A DNA stretch of 64,000 nt from a virus (Duplodnaviria; Caudoviricetes). Below, piece after piece: positions 36,451-45,938 of this stretch (positions are counted from its first letter, which is position 1; each line of letters begins with the position of its first letter). A model generated the notes under the pieces. The model saw nothing but the letters and a program-made list of their open reading frames with translations. It was not told the DNA's origin and searched no databases. The position numbers and the translations under genes are program-made. The stretch lies in IMG/VR virus record IMGVR_UViG_2824317532_000001, positions 32,001-96,000 of that record. The stretch is one strand, 5' to 3'.

Positions 36451-37698
36451 TCAGCGGCCGTTCAGCACGGACCCGTCGGCGCCATTGAGCTGCGACTCCA
36501 GCTCCTGCAGCCGCCGCAGCTCCTCCTCGGCGGCCTGCACACCCTGCTTGGCGGCGCTGATCGCGTCGATCAGCGCCTTGATGTGGGTGGGCGACAGCAT
36601 GTCGCGGGCCACGGACATGCCGCCGACCGCGCAGTCGTCGACTCTCTTCGACATCAGGAACGCCTCGATTCGCTCCGCGGCGGCGCCGGCGGAGGTGATG
36701 GCCTCGTCGATGACGTCGAGGGAGGTGTCGATGCGGGTCAGGTCGTCGCCGAGCAGGCTGCACTCGTTGAGGGCGGATTCGACGTCGTGGGCGTCGCCGG
36801 TCGCGGCGGGCATGGTGTCGGTCATGGGGTTCTCCTCTTCGTCACGTGTCGTGCTGTGGTTGTCGACGGGCGGAGTGTGGCTGTGGGGGGCGGTGCAGGT
36901 AGGGCAGCCGGGCCGGCGGCAGTTCCGCCCGTGCCTGTGGTCTGCGGCGATCCGTTTCGTCACGCACCGGCTGCACAGGGCGGCGTCCGGGTCCGGGGTT
37001 GGCCCGCAGCCGGGGCAGTCGGCCGCGACGCGGTCGGGGATCGGCGTGGGCCGCCACATCGGACGCCCGCGGCCGCCGTGCACGGTGTCGATGTGCTGCT
37101 GGCCGGCGGCTGCTGCCGCGTCGTCGTCGGGGTAGCCGTCGCAGCCGATACCGCAGTCGTCGCAGTCCCAGCGGTGCAGCAGTTTCGTTGCCGATGGTTT
37201 GGGGGTGCCGGCCGGGTCGGTGAACTTCGGTTCGGTTGAGGCGTCACCTGCCGGTGCCGGTGTGGTTTCGGTGTCGCCGGGGTGTCGGGCGTCGCCGACC
37301 GGGCGGACCAGCATTTGAGCGAGCCGGGCGAGGCGTTCTTTCCACAGCGGTCGCACGCGGCGGGCCGGGCGCTGTTCCTCGGCGGCTGCCCGGTCCTCGT
37401 CGCGCTGGGCGTGCTTCTCGGTGCGCCGCCGGTCGTGGGCGGCGATCACGTCGGCGAGGGCGTCGCCCCAATAGACGCGGGCCACGTCGCCGATGGTCGG
37501 CTTGTCCTCACCGGGCCGGGGCCGCCGGTTCTCGGTCTTGGCCTGTTTCGCGGCGAGCCGCAGCTTCTCGGTTTCGGCACGTAGCCTGGCCTTGGTGAGG
37601 TGGGGCGGTTCCTGGCCTCTCATGAGGTGCACCAGGTCGCTGACCGGCCGGAAACCGGTGATCAGCGATGCCAGGAGCATGCAGACGATGAACTCCAC
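36451..37698 (-). CDS. Transfer-region protein with Zn-finger motifs and C-terminal helical domain
   Basis: Immediately upstream of TraB; several CxxC; internal SD+ATG at 36825. Confidence 0.65.
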   Translation of the reverse strand: MEFIVCMLLASLITGFRPVSDLVHLMRGQEPPHLTKARLRAETEKLRLAAKQAKTENRRPRPGEDKPTIGDVARVYWGDALADVIAAHDRRRTEKHAQRDEDRAAAEEQRPARRVRPLWKERLARLAQMLVRPVGDARHPGDTETTPAPAGDASTEPKFTDPAGTPKPSATKLLHRWDCDDCGIGCDGYPDDDAAAAAGQQHIDTVHGGRGRPMWRPTPIPDRVAADCPGCGPTPDPDAALCSRCVTKRIAADHRHGRNCRRPGCPTCTAPHSHTPPVDNHSTTRDEEENPMTDTMPAATGDAHDVESALNECSLLGDDLTRIDTSLDVIDEAITSAGAAAERIEAFLMSKRVDDCAVGGMSVARDMLSPTHIKALIDAISAAKQGVQAAEEELRRLQELESQLNGADGSVLNGR

Positions 37699-37701
37699 GG
37701 G

Positions 37702-38073
37702 CTACCGCCCACCGCGCGGCATCGCCTTGTGGGAGACGAGGAAACTGATGACGACCGCGGCCAGGGCCAGGCCGACGGTGGTCGTGCCGACCCAGTCGCC
37801 GAGGTTGCGATCGGCCCAGTCCCACAAGCTGGTCAATCCGTCGCTGATCTTCTCGGTGGCCTTGCCGTTCATGCCGACGATCAGCGACGGGACGACGAAC
37901 GCGCCGATGACGGCGTACTGGTTGGGGGTCTTGTCCTTGTAGATATCGATGCCGATGACAGTGAGAACGCCGAGGACGGCGATGACCTGCACGACGGTGG
38001 CGTAGCCAGCGCCGACGAGCCCGGCGCCGCCGATGATGGCGAGCACGAACCCGAACCAAGCGAGAACCTTCAT
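37702..38073 (-). CDS. Membrane protein (spread-like)
   Basis: About four TM helices; GAAAGGA SD. Confidence 0.65.
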   Translation of the reverse strand: MKVLAWFGFVLAIIGGAGLVGAGYATVVQVIAVLGVLTVIGIDIYKDKTPNQYAVIGAFVVPSLIVGMNGKATEKISDGLTSLWDWADRNLGDWVGTTTVGLALAAVVISFLVSHKAMPRGGR

Positions 38074-38098
38074 GACGTATGTGTCCTTTCCGGGGTGG

Positions 38099-38530
38099 TC
38101 AGTGGGTGACGAGGTAGATCAGGTAGATGGCGAACGTGCCGGTGCCGGTCAGCAGGATTCGGGCGGGGTGGATGAGCAGCCACTTGACGCCGTCGAGCGC
38201 CAGTGCGACCACGACGGCGACGGGCCGGTAGCAGTAGGCCCACGCCTGGTAGGGCTTCCACGGCTTGTCGAGGTGGGCGGTGTGGTCGGTGTGCCACACG
38301 GTCTTCGCCGACGGCGACTGCTCCTCGGTGATCCACGAGTCGGCGGCGTCGGTGTAGACGACCCTGGCCAGCCGGCGGACGGCGACAGCTCGGGGCATGC
38401 GGCGGGTGCGGCTGTCTGTGGGCGCGTCGGGGTGGATGCGCACCACCTTCGCCGGCGGGGTGAGTCGGGGGGCGGCGGGTGACACCGGGCGGGCCGGGAT
38501 CACCCCGTCGAACGCTTCACTGATCGACAT
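38099..38530 (-). CDS. Membrane protein (spread-like)
   Basis: GAGGAGG SD; C-terminal TM. Confidence 0.65.
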   Translation of the reverse strand: MSISEAFDGVIPARPVSPAAPRLTPPAKVVRIHPDAPTDSRTRRMPRAVAVRRLARVVYTDAADSWITEEQSPSAKTVWHTDHTAHLDKPWKPYQAWAYCYRPVAVVVALALDGVKWLLIHPARILLTGTGTFAIYLIYLVTH

Positions 38531-38714
38531 GGCGGTGCACCTCCTCAGGGTTGCATTTGCTGGTGACAGGCACTGCTGTGTAAGATCGCGCGCCCGCAGG
38601 CGTGCAGGCCTACAGGCCTGCGCTCGCCCTGTGCAGTCGGGTCGGGCACTGCCACAGCGACTGCTATGCCATGACTGCCATGCCCGGTCGCCGGTCCGTG
38701 CTGGCTTCGCGGGC

Positions 38715-38951
38715 TCACCGCGGGTTCCGCCGATCGGCTATTTCTGCGATCGCTTTCGCGAGTTCGTTGCGGCCGTGCTCGTCGAGTTCGTCACCGACTG
38801 CCTTCGCGAACTGGCAGGCCTGTTGGAGCCGCTGACGCCCGTTCGCCGCCTTGCGGATCTCTTCGGTGAAGAACGCCAACCGGCGCTGACCTCGGCGGGT
38901 ACGCCGTGCCGCCGAACGTTCTTCGGCGGTGGTTCCACGAACGGCTTTCAA
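38715..38951 (-). CDS. Small basic protein
   Basis: GAGGAG SD before TTG. Confidence 0.55.
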   Translation of the reverse strand: MKAVRGTTAEERSAARRTRRGQRRLAFFTEEIRKAANGRQRLQQACQFAKAVGDELDEHGRNELAKAIAEIADRRNPR

Positions 38952-39073
38952 GCGACTTCTCCTCAGTGTTTGCGCAGGTCAGGCCACAAGCGCGATGACG
39001 TAGACGAAGCCGATCACCATGACGGTGAGCACAATGAACGGAACACGCGGGCTCGCCCGGCGCGGCATGCGCT

Positions 39074-39430
39074 TCACCGGGCGTTCCCGGAAGGGGTGCG
39101 CAGCAGCACGACCGCGCCGATCACCATGGCCGCGAAGCTCGCGGTGATCGGGTATCCGACCAGGTCAGGACGGGTCATGGCGGTTTGCGCGAGTCCGGTG
39201 AGCGCGCCGGCGAGCACAATGAGCGACCCGGCGGTGTTGATGTGCTGGTCGGTCGCCGTCTCGGCCACGGGGGCGGCCCGCCGGTTCATCTCGGTATGAG
39301 CGGCACGCATCAGGGCGAGCGTCTGCTCGGCGGTGAGGTCCGGGAGTTCCGCCTTGTTGGAAGCGAGCAGCCCATGGCACTCGTCGAACACGACGATGAC
39401 GGGGGCCAAGTCGGTGGGGGTGGTGGTCAT
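39074..39430 (-). CDS. Membrane protein
   Basis: GAGGAG SD; two C-terminal TM. Confidence 0.6.
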   Translation of the reverse strand: MTTTPTDLAPVIVVFDECHGLLASNKAELPDLTAEQTLALMRAAHTEMNRRAAPVAETATDQHINTAGSLIVLAGALTGLAQTAMTRPDLVGYPITASFAAMVIGAVVLLRTPSGNAR

Positions 39431-39636
39431 CGGGTCTCCTCGGGGGTCTGGTGGTTATCGCGTTGGGCCACAGTCCTCATGCGGCGGTAGGTGGCGATGA
39501 CACCGAGGCTCGCAACGAGCCACACCCACGCCGCCTGGTTCGGAAACTCACCGGCGTACGCATCGCGGATCCCGATGACACCGGCGGCGATGGCTGTCAC
39601 CGCGAACAGCCGATGCACGATGCGAAGCCATCTCAT
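39427..39636 (-). CDS. Small 2-TM protein
   Basis: ATGA coupling at both ends. Confidence 0.55.
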   Translation of the reverse strand: MRWLRIVHRLFAVTAIAAGVIGIRDAYAGEFPNQAAWVWLVASLGVIATYRRMRTVAQRDNHQTPEETR

Positions 39637-41138
39637 TGGCCAACCGCCCACGGCTCACCGCTGTCATCGTCGGCACTGTCATCGGCTGCCTTATCGGTGG
39701 CCGCCTCACGCCACGCCGCGACGAGCCGTGGGATACGGGCCCCGTACCCGGCGCCGGTGGTCTTGCGGACCGCATAGTCCGACCACTCATGGTTCGGGTC
39801 GCTGTGCACGGCGAGCATGGCCTGAACTGCTTCTTCGTCGGTCATGAGCTGCTTGCTCGCCGCCGCTGATGCCACCTTCGATGAGGCATGTTTCGGCCCC
39901 TTCGATGAGCCGTTCTTGGGATGCCCATGGCGGTACTGGGCAAGGTTTGTCAGCTTCGCCGCGGCGAGCTTCGCGTTGAACTCGTCAGTGAGTTCCTTGG
40001 TGCGCTTGGCCAAAGCCTCATCGCGTTCGGTGTCCTTGGCGGCGATGATGTTCGCCTTCTCGGTCTCGTGGGCGGCGATGAGTGCCTCCCGGTCGGCGCC
40101 GGCCTGGTCGGTGAGTTCCCGCAATGAGGTGTCGGCGGTGACGCTCTTGGCGGTCGCCTCATCGAGGGCGGCGGTCGTCTCGGTGAGTTCGGTGTGCGCG
40201 GCGGTGAGTGCCTGCATGACATCGGCGATGCGGTTGTCCCGGTCGGCGATGGCATCGGCCTGCCGTTCGGTGATGGCACGAAGTTCGGTGGTGGCCGCAA
40301 CCAGTTGCCGGACGCGGGCGGCCGGGTTGATGCGCAGCCACCAGCCGGGCTGGTCGGTGGATTCGACGGCCCACCGGGTGCGGAGTTCGGTGTTGTAGCC
40401 CTCCCACGCCTGACGGGGGTCGGTGACGTAGTGGTCGATGGACCAGCGGCGGGCGAGGTAGGAGCGGATCGGGAATGAGCGGATCCGTTCGCCGGAGAAT
40501 GTGGCGCCGGCTTCGTCGACGCGGCCTTCGCGGAGTAGTTGGACGCGTTGTTCGCGGCGGGTGTGCAGGCCCCACAGCCAGGGGCTGAGTAGGGACAGCA
40601 TGCCGAACGCGACGGCGGCGGCGTTGATGCCGAGCGGGCCGGTGTCGTCGGCGAAGTGGGCGTAGTTGATGGCGGCGACACCGGCGGCGATGAGGTATGA
40701 CCAGCGGCGGAGCCGGGCGGCGGTGTTGGTGGCCTTCTTGAGCAGCGCGTCGTGGGCGTGCCAGCCGACGTAGACGGACACGGATTCGATGGCGAGCGCG
40801 ATGACGAGGGCGAGGACGACCTTGCCGAGGGTGGGCCAGGTGTGGGGTGCGACTTCTTCGTAGAAGAACGCGACCTGGCCGTAGACGGCGGCGCCGTTGA
40901 CCAGCAGCAAGGGCGCGTACATGAGCCGTTTGCCGAGGTCGGTTTTCGAGGGCCGGCGGGTGAGTGCGTAGACGGCGAGGCCAGTGACCAGGGCGGCGAG
41001 GATCGCGCAGGTGATGGTGACTGCGGGGCTGCCCGCGGCCTGGTTCCAGGCAGCGTCGTACCAGCTCGGGTCTGCGGCGGGTTGTGGGGTGCCGGAGACG
41101 GAGCCGGTGTCGGGGCGCAGCACGGCGGTCAAGGACAT
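39633..41138 (-). CDS. Spread-like membrane protein (SpdB/DUF2637-like) with coiled coil
   Basis: Several TM (ALAIESVS, AAINYAH, FGMLSLLSPWLW), coiled coil, C-terminal HTH-like; TACGTT-N6-ATG. Confidence 0.7.
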   Translation of the reverse strand: MSLTAVLRPDTGSVSGTPQPAADPSWYDAAWNQAAGSPAVTITCAILAALVTGLAVYALTRRPSKTDLGKRLMYAPLLLVNGAAVYGQVAFFYEEVAPHTWPTLGKVVLALVIALAIESVSVYVGWHAHDALLKKATNTAARLRRWSYLIAAGVAAINYAHFADDTGPLGINAAAVAFGMLSLLSPWLWGLHTRREQRVQLLREGRVDEAGATFSGERIRSFPIRSYLARRWSIDHYVTDPRQAWEGYNTELRTRWAVESTDQPGWWLRINPAARVRQLVAATTELRAITERQADAIADRDNRIADVMQALTAAHTELTETTAALDEATAKSVTADTSLRELTDQAGADREALIAAHETEKANIIAAKDTERDEALAKRTKELTDEFNAKLAAAKLTNLAQYRHGHPKNGSSKGPKHASSKVASAAASKQLMTDEEAVQAMLAVHSDPNHEWSDYAVRKTTGAGYGARIPRLVAAWREAATDKAADDSADDDSGEPWAVGQ

Positions 41139-41206
41139 GTAAGCAACGTACCACGCAACTTCATAGGTTGCTAGCAACAAATTAGAAGTTGCTTTAAGGT
41201 CGTTGC
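41139..41206. promoter_or_regulatory. Divergent leaderless promoters with GCAAC/GTTGC repeats
   Basis: Six GCAAC/GTTGC copies; TANNNT-N6-ATG in both directions. Confidence 0.7.
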
Positions 41207-41509
41207 ATGACCACGACACGCCAGCGGGGCTCAGTACCCCTTATGCAGCGGATCCGGTCCGCGCGCCTGCCCTCCCCCGAGGAGCGATTGGCCATCAGGA
41301 AAAGGGCACGCGTTAGCCGAGAAGACATCGCACGCGAACTCCGGGCACAGGGCATCGCCGTGACAGAGGGCGCCGTCAAGTGGTGGGAGAAGCCGAAGGC
41401 CGAAGGCGGAGTAGACCCTCGACCGGACAAGGCGATTTTGTACCGGCGGCTGCTCGAACAGCTGCAAGCGGAGACCGCCAAGACGCGGACCGCTCAACCC
41501 TCCGCATAA
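41207..41509 (+). CDS. XRE-family HTH regulator
   Basis: LPSPEERLAIRKRARVSREDIA...AVKWWE. Confidence 0.8.
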   Translation: MTTTRQRGSVPLMQRIRSARLPSPEERLAIRKRARVSREDIARELRAQGIAVTEGAVKWWEKPKAEGGVDPRPDKAILYRRLLEQLQAETAKTRTAQPSA

Positions 41510-41620
41510 GGACGGCCGCGGTGCACGAACACCACGGCCGTCTCGCCATACCCCGCCCTTGACTACGGAGCTGACTCCCTTGACGTTAGACCACGTTCCT
41601 GAGGCGCCGGGAGGTACCGG

Positions 41621-43468
41621 ATGACGGTCCCCCACCAGGACCAGCGCCACAAGACCCGTAACGGGCATCCCGCCGCCGCCCAGTCGCCTGGACCCGGCAA
41701 TCTCGCCGCGTTGCGGGTTCACGAGCAGACGGTTCTGGGCTGGCTCCTGTCGCCGGCCAACCATGCCGAGGCGGAGGAGCGAGTTCGCGACCTCAGCATC
41801 CGGCATCTTGTTGAGCCTGCCCACCGCGAGATCTTCGGCAGCATCCTGGCGCATGTCGGTGCCCCGAATCTGGCGCTGCTTGTCACCGCAGACCTGGCGA
41901 CGGCGGATGCTCACCGTTCGGTGAAGGCGCTGCCAGGTGGGATTGCCGCATACCTGTCCGACTGCAAGGACTACGCCGACCTTTACGGCACACGGGAGTT
42001 CGCTTTCCACGTGCGGCAGGTGAAGGACGCCTACGTGCGCCGGCGGCGGCTGGAGCTCCACTCTCAGGCCGCGCGGGCTCTCGAGGAGGACAACCTCCAG
42101 GCGTACGACGCCGCGTTGGCGAACATGCAGCATCTCGACGCGGATGCGGAACCTGCTGAGGATCCCGGAAGCGCACGCGACCGGGCACTGCAGCGGGCCA
42201 TCGGCGATGCGGCTGCTGGTCGGTATTTGGCGATGCTGGCGGAGGAGATTCTTCGAACCCGGGCGCGGCGCGAGGCCCGCCAGTTCGTGGACGCCGAACT
42301 GGCTGACGTGTCACCGCTCGAGTTGCCCGTCTCGCTGACTGATCTTCTCGGCGAGGACGATGAACAGGACTCGTGGCGGATGTCCGGGTTGTGGCCGTCC
42401 GGTGCTCGGATCTTGTTGGCCGCGGGCGCGAAGTCGGGCAAGACGACGACGGTGGGGAACGTGGTGCGTTGCCTGGCCGACGGTGACCGGTTTCTGGGGA
42501 TCGCCGACGTCGAGCCGGTGGCGCCGGGCCGGACTGTGGCGGTGCTGGATTACGAGATGCCCCGTGCGAAGGTGAGGGGCTGGTTACGTGACCAGCGGAT
42601 CCGGAACACCGATGCGGTGCTGGTGTGGACGGAGCGAGGCAGGGCGGGGCGCTTTGATACTCGCGATCGGGCGGCACGAGTGCTGTGGGTGGAGCGTTTA
42701 CGGACGGCGAACGTGTCGGTGTGGGTCATCGACTGCCTGTCGCCGGTGCTGTCGGCGTTGGGTATCGATGAGAACAACAACACCGAGGTCGGTGCTGTTC
42801 TCGACGGGATCAACACGATCGCTGCTGAGGCCGGCATTGATGATGTCCTGCTGATTCATCACATGGGGCATGGGGCGGAGCGGTCTCGTGGCGCGTCGCG
42901 GTTGATTGGCTGGCCGGATGTGAATTGGAAGTTGACTCGGCAGCGGGATGAGAAGGATCCGTCGGCGGAGCCGGATCCGAATGCGACCCGGTATTTCTCG
43001 GCGTACGGCCGGGATGTGGATGTTCGTGAGGGTCGGTTGGTGTTCGAGTCGGAGTCGCGGCATCTGACGTACATGGAGGGCGGCCGGAAGCAGGACGATG
43101 ACACGGTCGCGCTGGGCAAGTTGTTGGTGTTTGTGCGGGATCATCCTGGGCTCGGGACTCGTGGCTTGCAGGAGGGCGCTGCGGCGCTGCTGGGGAGCAG
43201 GGATACGGTGCGGAAGGCGTTGAAGGCGGCGACGGCCAAGGGTTACGTCGTTGCGGCGGATGCTCCGCGTAACGGCTTGCAGCACACGATCTCGGCGTTG
43301 GGCCGGGGACAGATCTTGGCGTTGTCGTCGGTTCCGGTGAGTGACGCGGAGTTCCTTGCCGGTCCGCGGGGGAACGTGGTGTGCGACTGCGGCTACTACA
43401 TCACTTCGGCGGCGTTCGAGGCTGGCGCTCGGTCGTGCATCGAGTGTTTGAAGGCGGTGCCGGCGTGA
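41621..43468 (+). CDS. Replication helicase: DnaB-N-like plus RecA-family (AAA_25/RepA) domain
   Basis: EQTVLG..L, PAHREIF; AGAKSGKTT; VIDCL; LLIHH..RSRGAS; C-terminal CDC..CIEC. Confidence 0.85.
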   Translation: MTVPHQDQRHKTRNGHPAAAQSPGPGNLAALRVHEQTVLGWLLSPANHAEAEERVRDLSIRHLVEPAHREIFGSILAHVGAPNLALLVTADLATADAHRSVKALPGGIAAYLSDCKDYADLYGTREFAFHVRQVKDAYVRRRRLELHSQAARALEEDNLQAYDAALANMQHLDADAEPAEDPGSARDRALQRAIGDAAAGRYLAMLAEEILRTRARREARQFVDAELADVSPLELPVSLTDLLGEDDEQDSWRMSGLWPSGARILLAAGAKSGKTTTVGNVVRCLADGDRFLGIADVEPVAPGRTVAVLDYEMPRAKVRGWLRDQRIRNTDAVLVWTERGRAGRFDTRDRAARVLWVERLRTANVSVWVIDCLSPVLSALGIDENNNTEVGAVLDGINTIAAEAGIDDVLLIHHMGHGAERSRGASRLIGWPDVNWKLTRQRDEKDPSAEPDPNATRYFSAYGRDVDVREGRLVFESESRHLTYMEGGRKQDDDTVALGKLLVFVRDHPGLGTRGLQEGAAALLGSRDTVRKALKAATAKGYVVAADAPRNGLQHTISALGRGQILALSSVPVSDAEFLAGPRGNVVCDCGYYITSAAFEAGARSCIECLKAVPA

Positions 43469-43480
43469 CTGGAACGGGTC

Positions 43481-43718
43481 GAGTGTGCGGAGTGTGCGGG
43501 AGTGTGCGGCTTGATCGTCCGCACACTCGATTTCGCAGTGATGATTTTGAATTTTCGCAGCTCAACCCAGTGTGCGGGAGTGTGCGGAGATCAAAAACAG
43601 GCGAAAAGCGGCCTTGACCTGCGAAAACGCCGTCGAGCGAGTGTGCGGCGGCTTAAGAAAGCCGCACGCTCGCACACTCACTCGCCTAAACGATCTCCGC
43701 ACAGTCGTCCGCACACTC
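43481..43718. repeat. Iterated AGTGTGCGG 9-mers, putative origin
   Basis: Six forward and about five reverse (CCGCACACT, some imperfect) copies around an AT-richer core, directly after Rep helicase. Confidence 0.7.
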
Positions 43719-44092
43719 ATCCATCGATGAAGAAGATCCGAAACGGAGGGCAGCCAAGACGACAATCCAGACCGAGGCAGTCCGGGCACGGCGAATGCCC
43801 TCGCCGACCGGAAGGTCGCACTACGCCGCCCGATTCGCCCGCGACCAACCCATCACCGATGGTCCTACTTAACGGCAGTTCAGCCGAGTTCGCAGATGAA
43901 GGAAGCCTGACCATGCCGAACAAGTCTCAGATCCGACACCAAACAAGTAGCCGCATCGATACCTTTCGTAATGGCAGCGGCTCCGACGAGGAGGAACCGA
44001 CGGTGACCACAACCACCCCACCTCCAAGCGGGCACTTGCCGGTATCAGACGGAGGATCGCGTATCACCCGCCTCGACCACTACCTTGCGCCG

Positions 44093-44545
44093 ATGACCAC
44101 CACCGCCAACTCCGTCATCAAAGCCATAGAGTCCCGCCGCCCCGACCAGACCGGCACCCGCCTGAACCTGCTGCTCTTCCTCTGCCAGGGACACTTCCTG
44201 GCAGGCACCGGCGCACCTCTATTCGCCGAACCCATCTACGCCACCCCCGCCGGCGTCCACATCGACGCCGACCCCGACGAACCCGCCGCCGACATGAACA
44301 ACCGGCAACTCGGCTTTGTCGGCTACACCCTGCACCGGTACGCCGACATGACCGATGCCGACCTGCTGTCGCTGGTCCAGGTGTCCAGCGCCTGGCAACT
44401 TGCCGCCCGTGCCGAGGATGACCCCCGCATCGAGTGGGCGTGGCTCACCGATTGGTTCCGGCGCCCCGCCGAACGGCATGGCAAACCGACCGCCGAGGAA
44501 ACCGCCGATTTCGCGGCACGGCGAAAGGCACGCACCGGGGGCTGA
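44093..44545 (+). CDS. Panacea (DUF4065/SocA/GepA-like) antitoxin
   Basis: TANSVIKAI...RLNLLLFLCQGHFLA.TGAPLFAEPIYA..AGV; TACCTT-N6-ATG. Confidence 0.72.
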   Translation: MTTTANSVIKAIESRRPDQTGTRLNLLLFLCQGHFLAGTGAPLFAEPIYATPAGVHIDADPDEPAADMNNRQLGFVGYTLHRYADMTDADLLSLVQVSSAWQLAARAEDDPRIEWAWLTDWFRRPAERHGKPTAEETADFAARRKARTGG

Positions 44546-44563
44546 CCGCCCGAAGGAGCACGC

Positions 44564-44878
44564 ATGCCCGACTGGCCCGACAAGTGGAAGCTGGACAACT
44601 TCCCGGAGGCTCTGCACACGTGGACCATCGCCGCGGAGCCTCCGCCGGAGGTCCTCGCCGAGGTGGAACGCTGGCATCACAGCCGCCAGGACGACCCGTA
44701 CGGCGACACCGACCCTTTCGCCGAAGAGGGCATGTTCGACGACTACTTCGGGTTGCGGGCCAGGGTGTACGACCTGTATCGAAGGCCGGTGCAGGTCGAT
44801 GGCCGGCCCGTGGTCTGCTACTACGAGGTGCAGGAGAACGAGCATCGTGTTGTTTTCTCGCACTTCGGTGTGATTTAG
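44564..44878 (+). CDS. Putative toxin partner of Panacea protein
   Basis: GAAGGAG SD; adjacent; RelE-like size and C-terminal strands. Confidence 0.55.
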   Translation: MPDWPDKWKLDNFPEALHTWTIAAEPPPEVLAEVERWHHSRQDDPYGDTDPFAEEGMFDDYFGLRARVYDLYRRPVQVDGRPVVCYYEVQENEHRVVFSHFGVI

Positions 44879-44937
44879 GTTAGGTGCGGGTCGAGCAGTG
44901 CTGTTGGCGGCTGGTGGCGCCGCGTACGCTGGTTCTC

Positions 44938-45288
44938 GTGACTTCCCGGGCAGCACCGTCTACGGCGTGGCAGAGCAGGCCAGGCCGACGTGCGCTCGTC
45001 GCCGCCAACCTGAGCGTGCTGCGGGGGCCGACGTCGGGAACTGTCGTCCTACCGAACCGGCTGGTGTGGGCGCCGGATCCGGCGGGCCGTTTCGACCTGG
45101 ACGACCCTTTCGACCGGTTGCGGGTGTACGAGATTGTGCTCCGTGAGGCGGTTCAGGAAGCCGAGCTGCGTACGTGGCTAAACGGCACGCTGCTGACCGC
45201 ATTGTGGCCACACCTGTACCTGCCTCGTGGTGTACGGCAGGCGTGGGAGACCAGCCACCCGCAGTTGGCGGCCGTACCAGCACAGTGA
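44938..45288 (+). CDS. Putative antitoxin upstream of AbiEii
   Basis: LRGPTSGTVVLP..L.W, YEIVLREA, LWPHLYLP..VRQAWE; GTGA-coupled to toxin. Confidence 0.7.
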   Translation: MTSRAAPSTAWQSRPGRRALVAANLSVLRGPTSGTVVLPNRLVWAPDPAGRFDLDDPFDRLRVYEIVLREAVQEAELRTWLNGTLLTALWPHLYLPRGVRQAWETSHPQLAAVPAQ

Positions 45289-45938
45289 CGATCGAATCCG
45301 TAGACGCCTTCCATCTACAGGTTGCCCGGACCGCGCTGGCAGTCGCCAACCGGTACGGGTTCGCGCTCGGCGGCGGTCTGGCGCTGATCCTGCACGGCAT
45401 CGTGTCCCGGCCGACCGAGGACGTCGACGTGTTCGGTGAGGAGGGCTGCAGCGTGGTCGGCGCCGCGGCCGCGGTGACGGCGGCCCTGCAGGATGCGGGC
45501 ATCCGGGTCGAGCCGGTGGACATGAGTTCGGAGGTCGTTGACCTCGACTATCTGATGGCCGAACTGGTCGCCTACCGGCCCGATGGTCGGGCGGTGCGGT
45601 TGAGTTTCGGTCATCTGTCCCGCACCCGGCAGCCTGTGCTGTTGGACATCGGCCCGGTGATGGCCGTTGACGACCTGATCGCGTGGAAGGTCGCCGCGCT
45701 GGTAAACAGGGCTGAGGTTCGTGACTTCGTGGATGTGGCGGCGTTCCTCGCCGACCGGTCCCCCAGCACGCTGTTGGCGTTGGCGCGGACGGTCGATCCG
45801 GGCCTGTTCGAGGAAGATGTTGCTGCGGCGGGACGCAGGCTGGATCAGACTCCGGATCGGGCGTTCGCCGCCTACGGGCTCGACGCCCGCCAGGTGGCGC
45901 AGATGCGGGCCCGCTTCCATGACTGGCCTCGCAGCTAG
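45285..45938 (+). CDS. AbiEii/AbiGii-family nucleotidyltransferase toxin
   Basis: FALGGGLAL..HG..SRPTEDVDVF; K..AL..R...RDFVDV. Confidence 0.88.
   Translation: MTIESVDAFHLQVARTALAVANRYGFALGGGLALILHGIVSRPTEDVDVFGEEGCSVVGAAAAVTAALQDAGIRVEPVDMSSEVVDLDYLMAELVAYRPDGRAVRLSFGHLSRTRQPVLLDIGPVMAVDDLIAWKVAALVNRAEVRDFVDVAAFLADRSPSTLLALARTVDPGLFEEDVAAAGRRLDQTPDRAFAAYGLDARQVAQMRARFHDWPRS

Noticed and set aside
38530-38715. ACTGC(C/T)A and CAGGC repeats as TraB clt site
   Set aside because: Only about three short imperfect copies; not distinguishable from chance in ~70% GC DNA
42400-43470. Strong G/T strand skew as sign of foreign DNA
   Set aside because: Alternating G/T- and C/A-rich tracts occur throughout the window inside intact ORFs
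43481-43718. Possible CRISPR array
   Set aside because: Repeats are 9 bp, irregularly spaced and in both orientations; no spacers or cas genes
43502-44092. N-terminal 197 aa of the 347-aa ORF
   Set aside because: Runs through the origin-like repeats with atypical codons; the Panacea domain starts at leaderless ATG 44093
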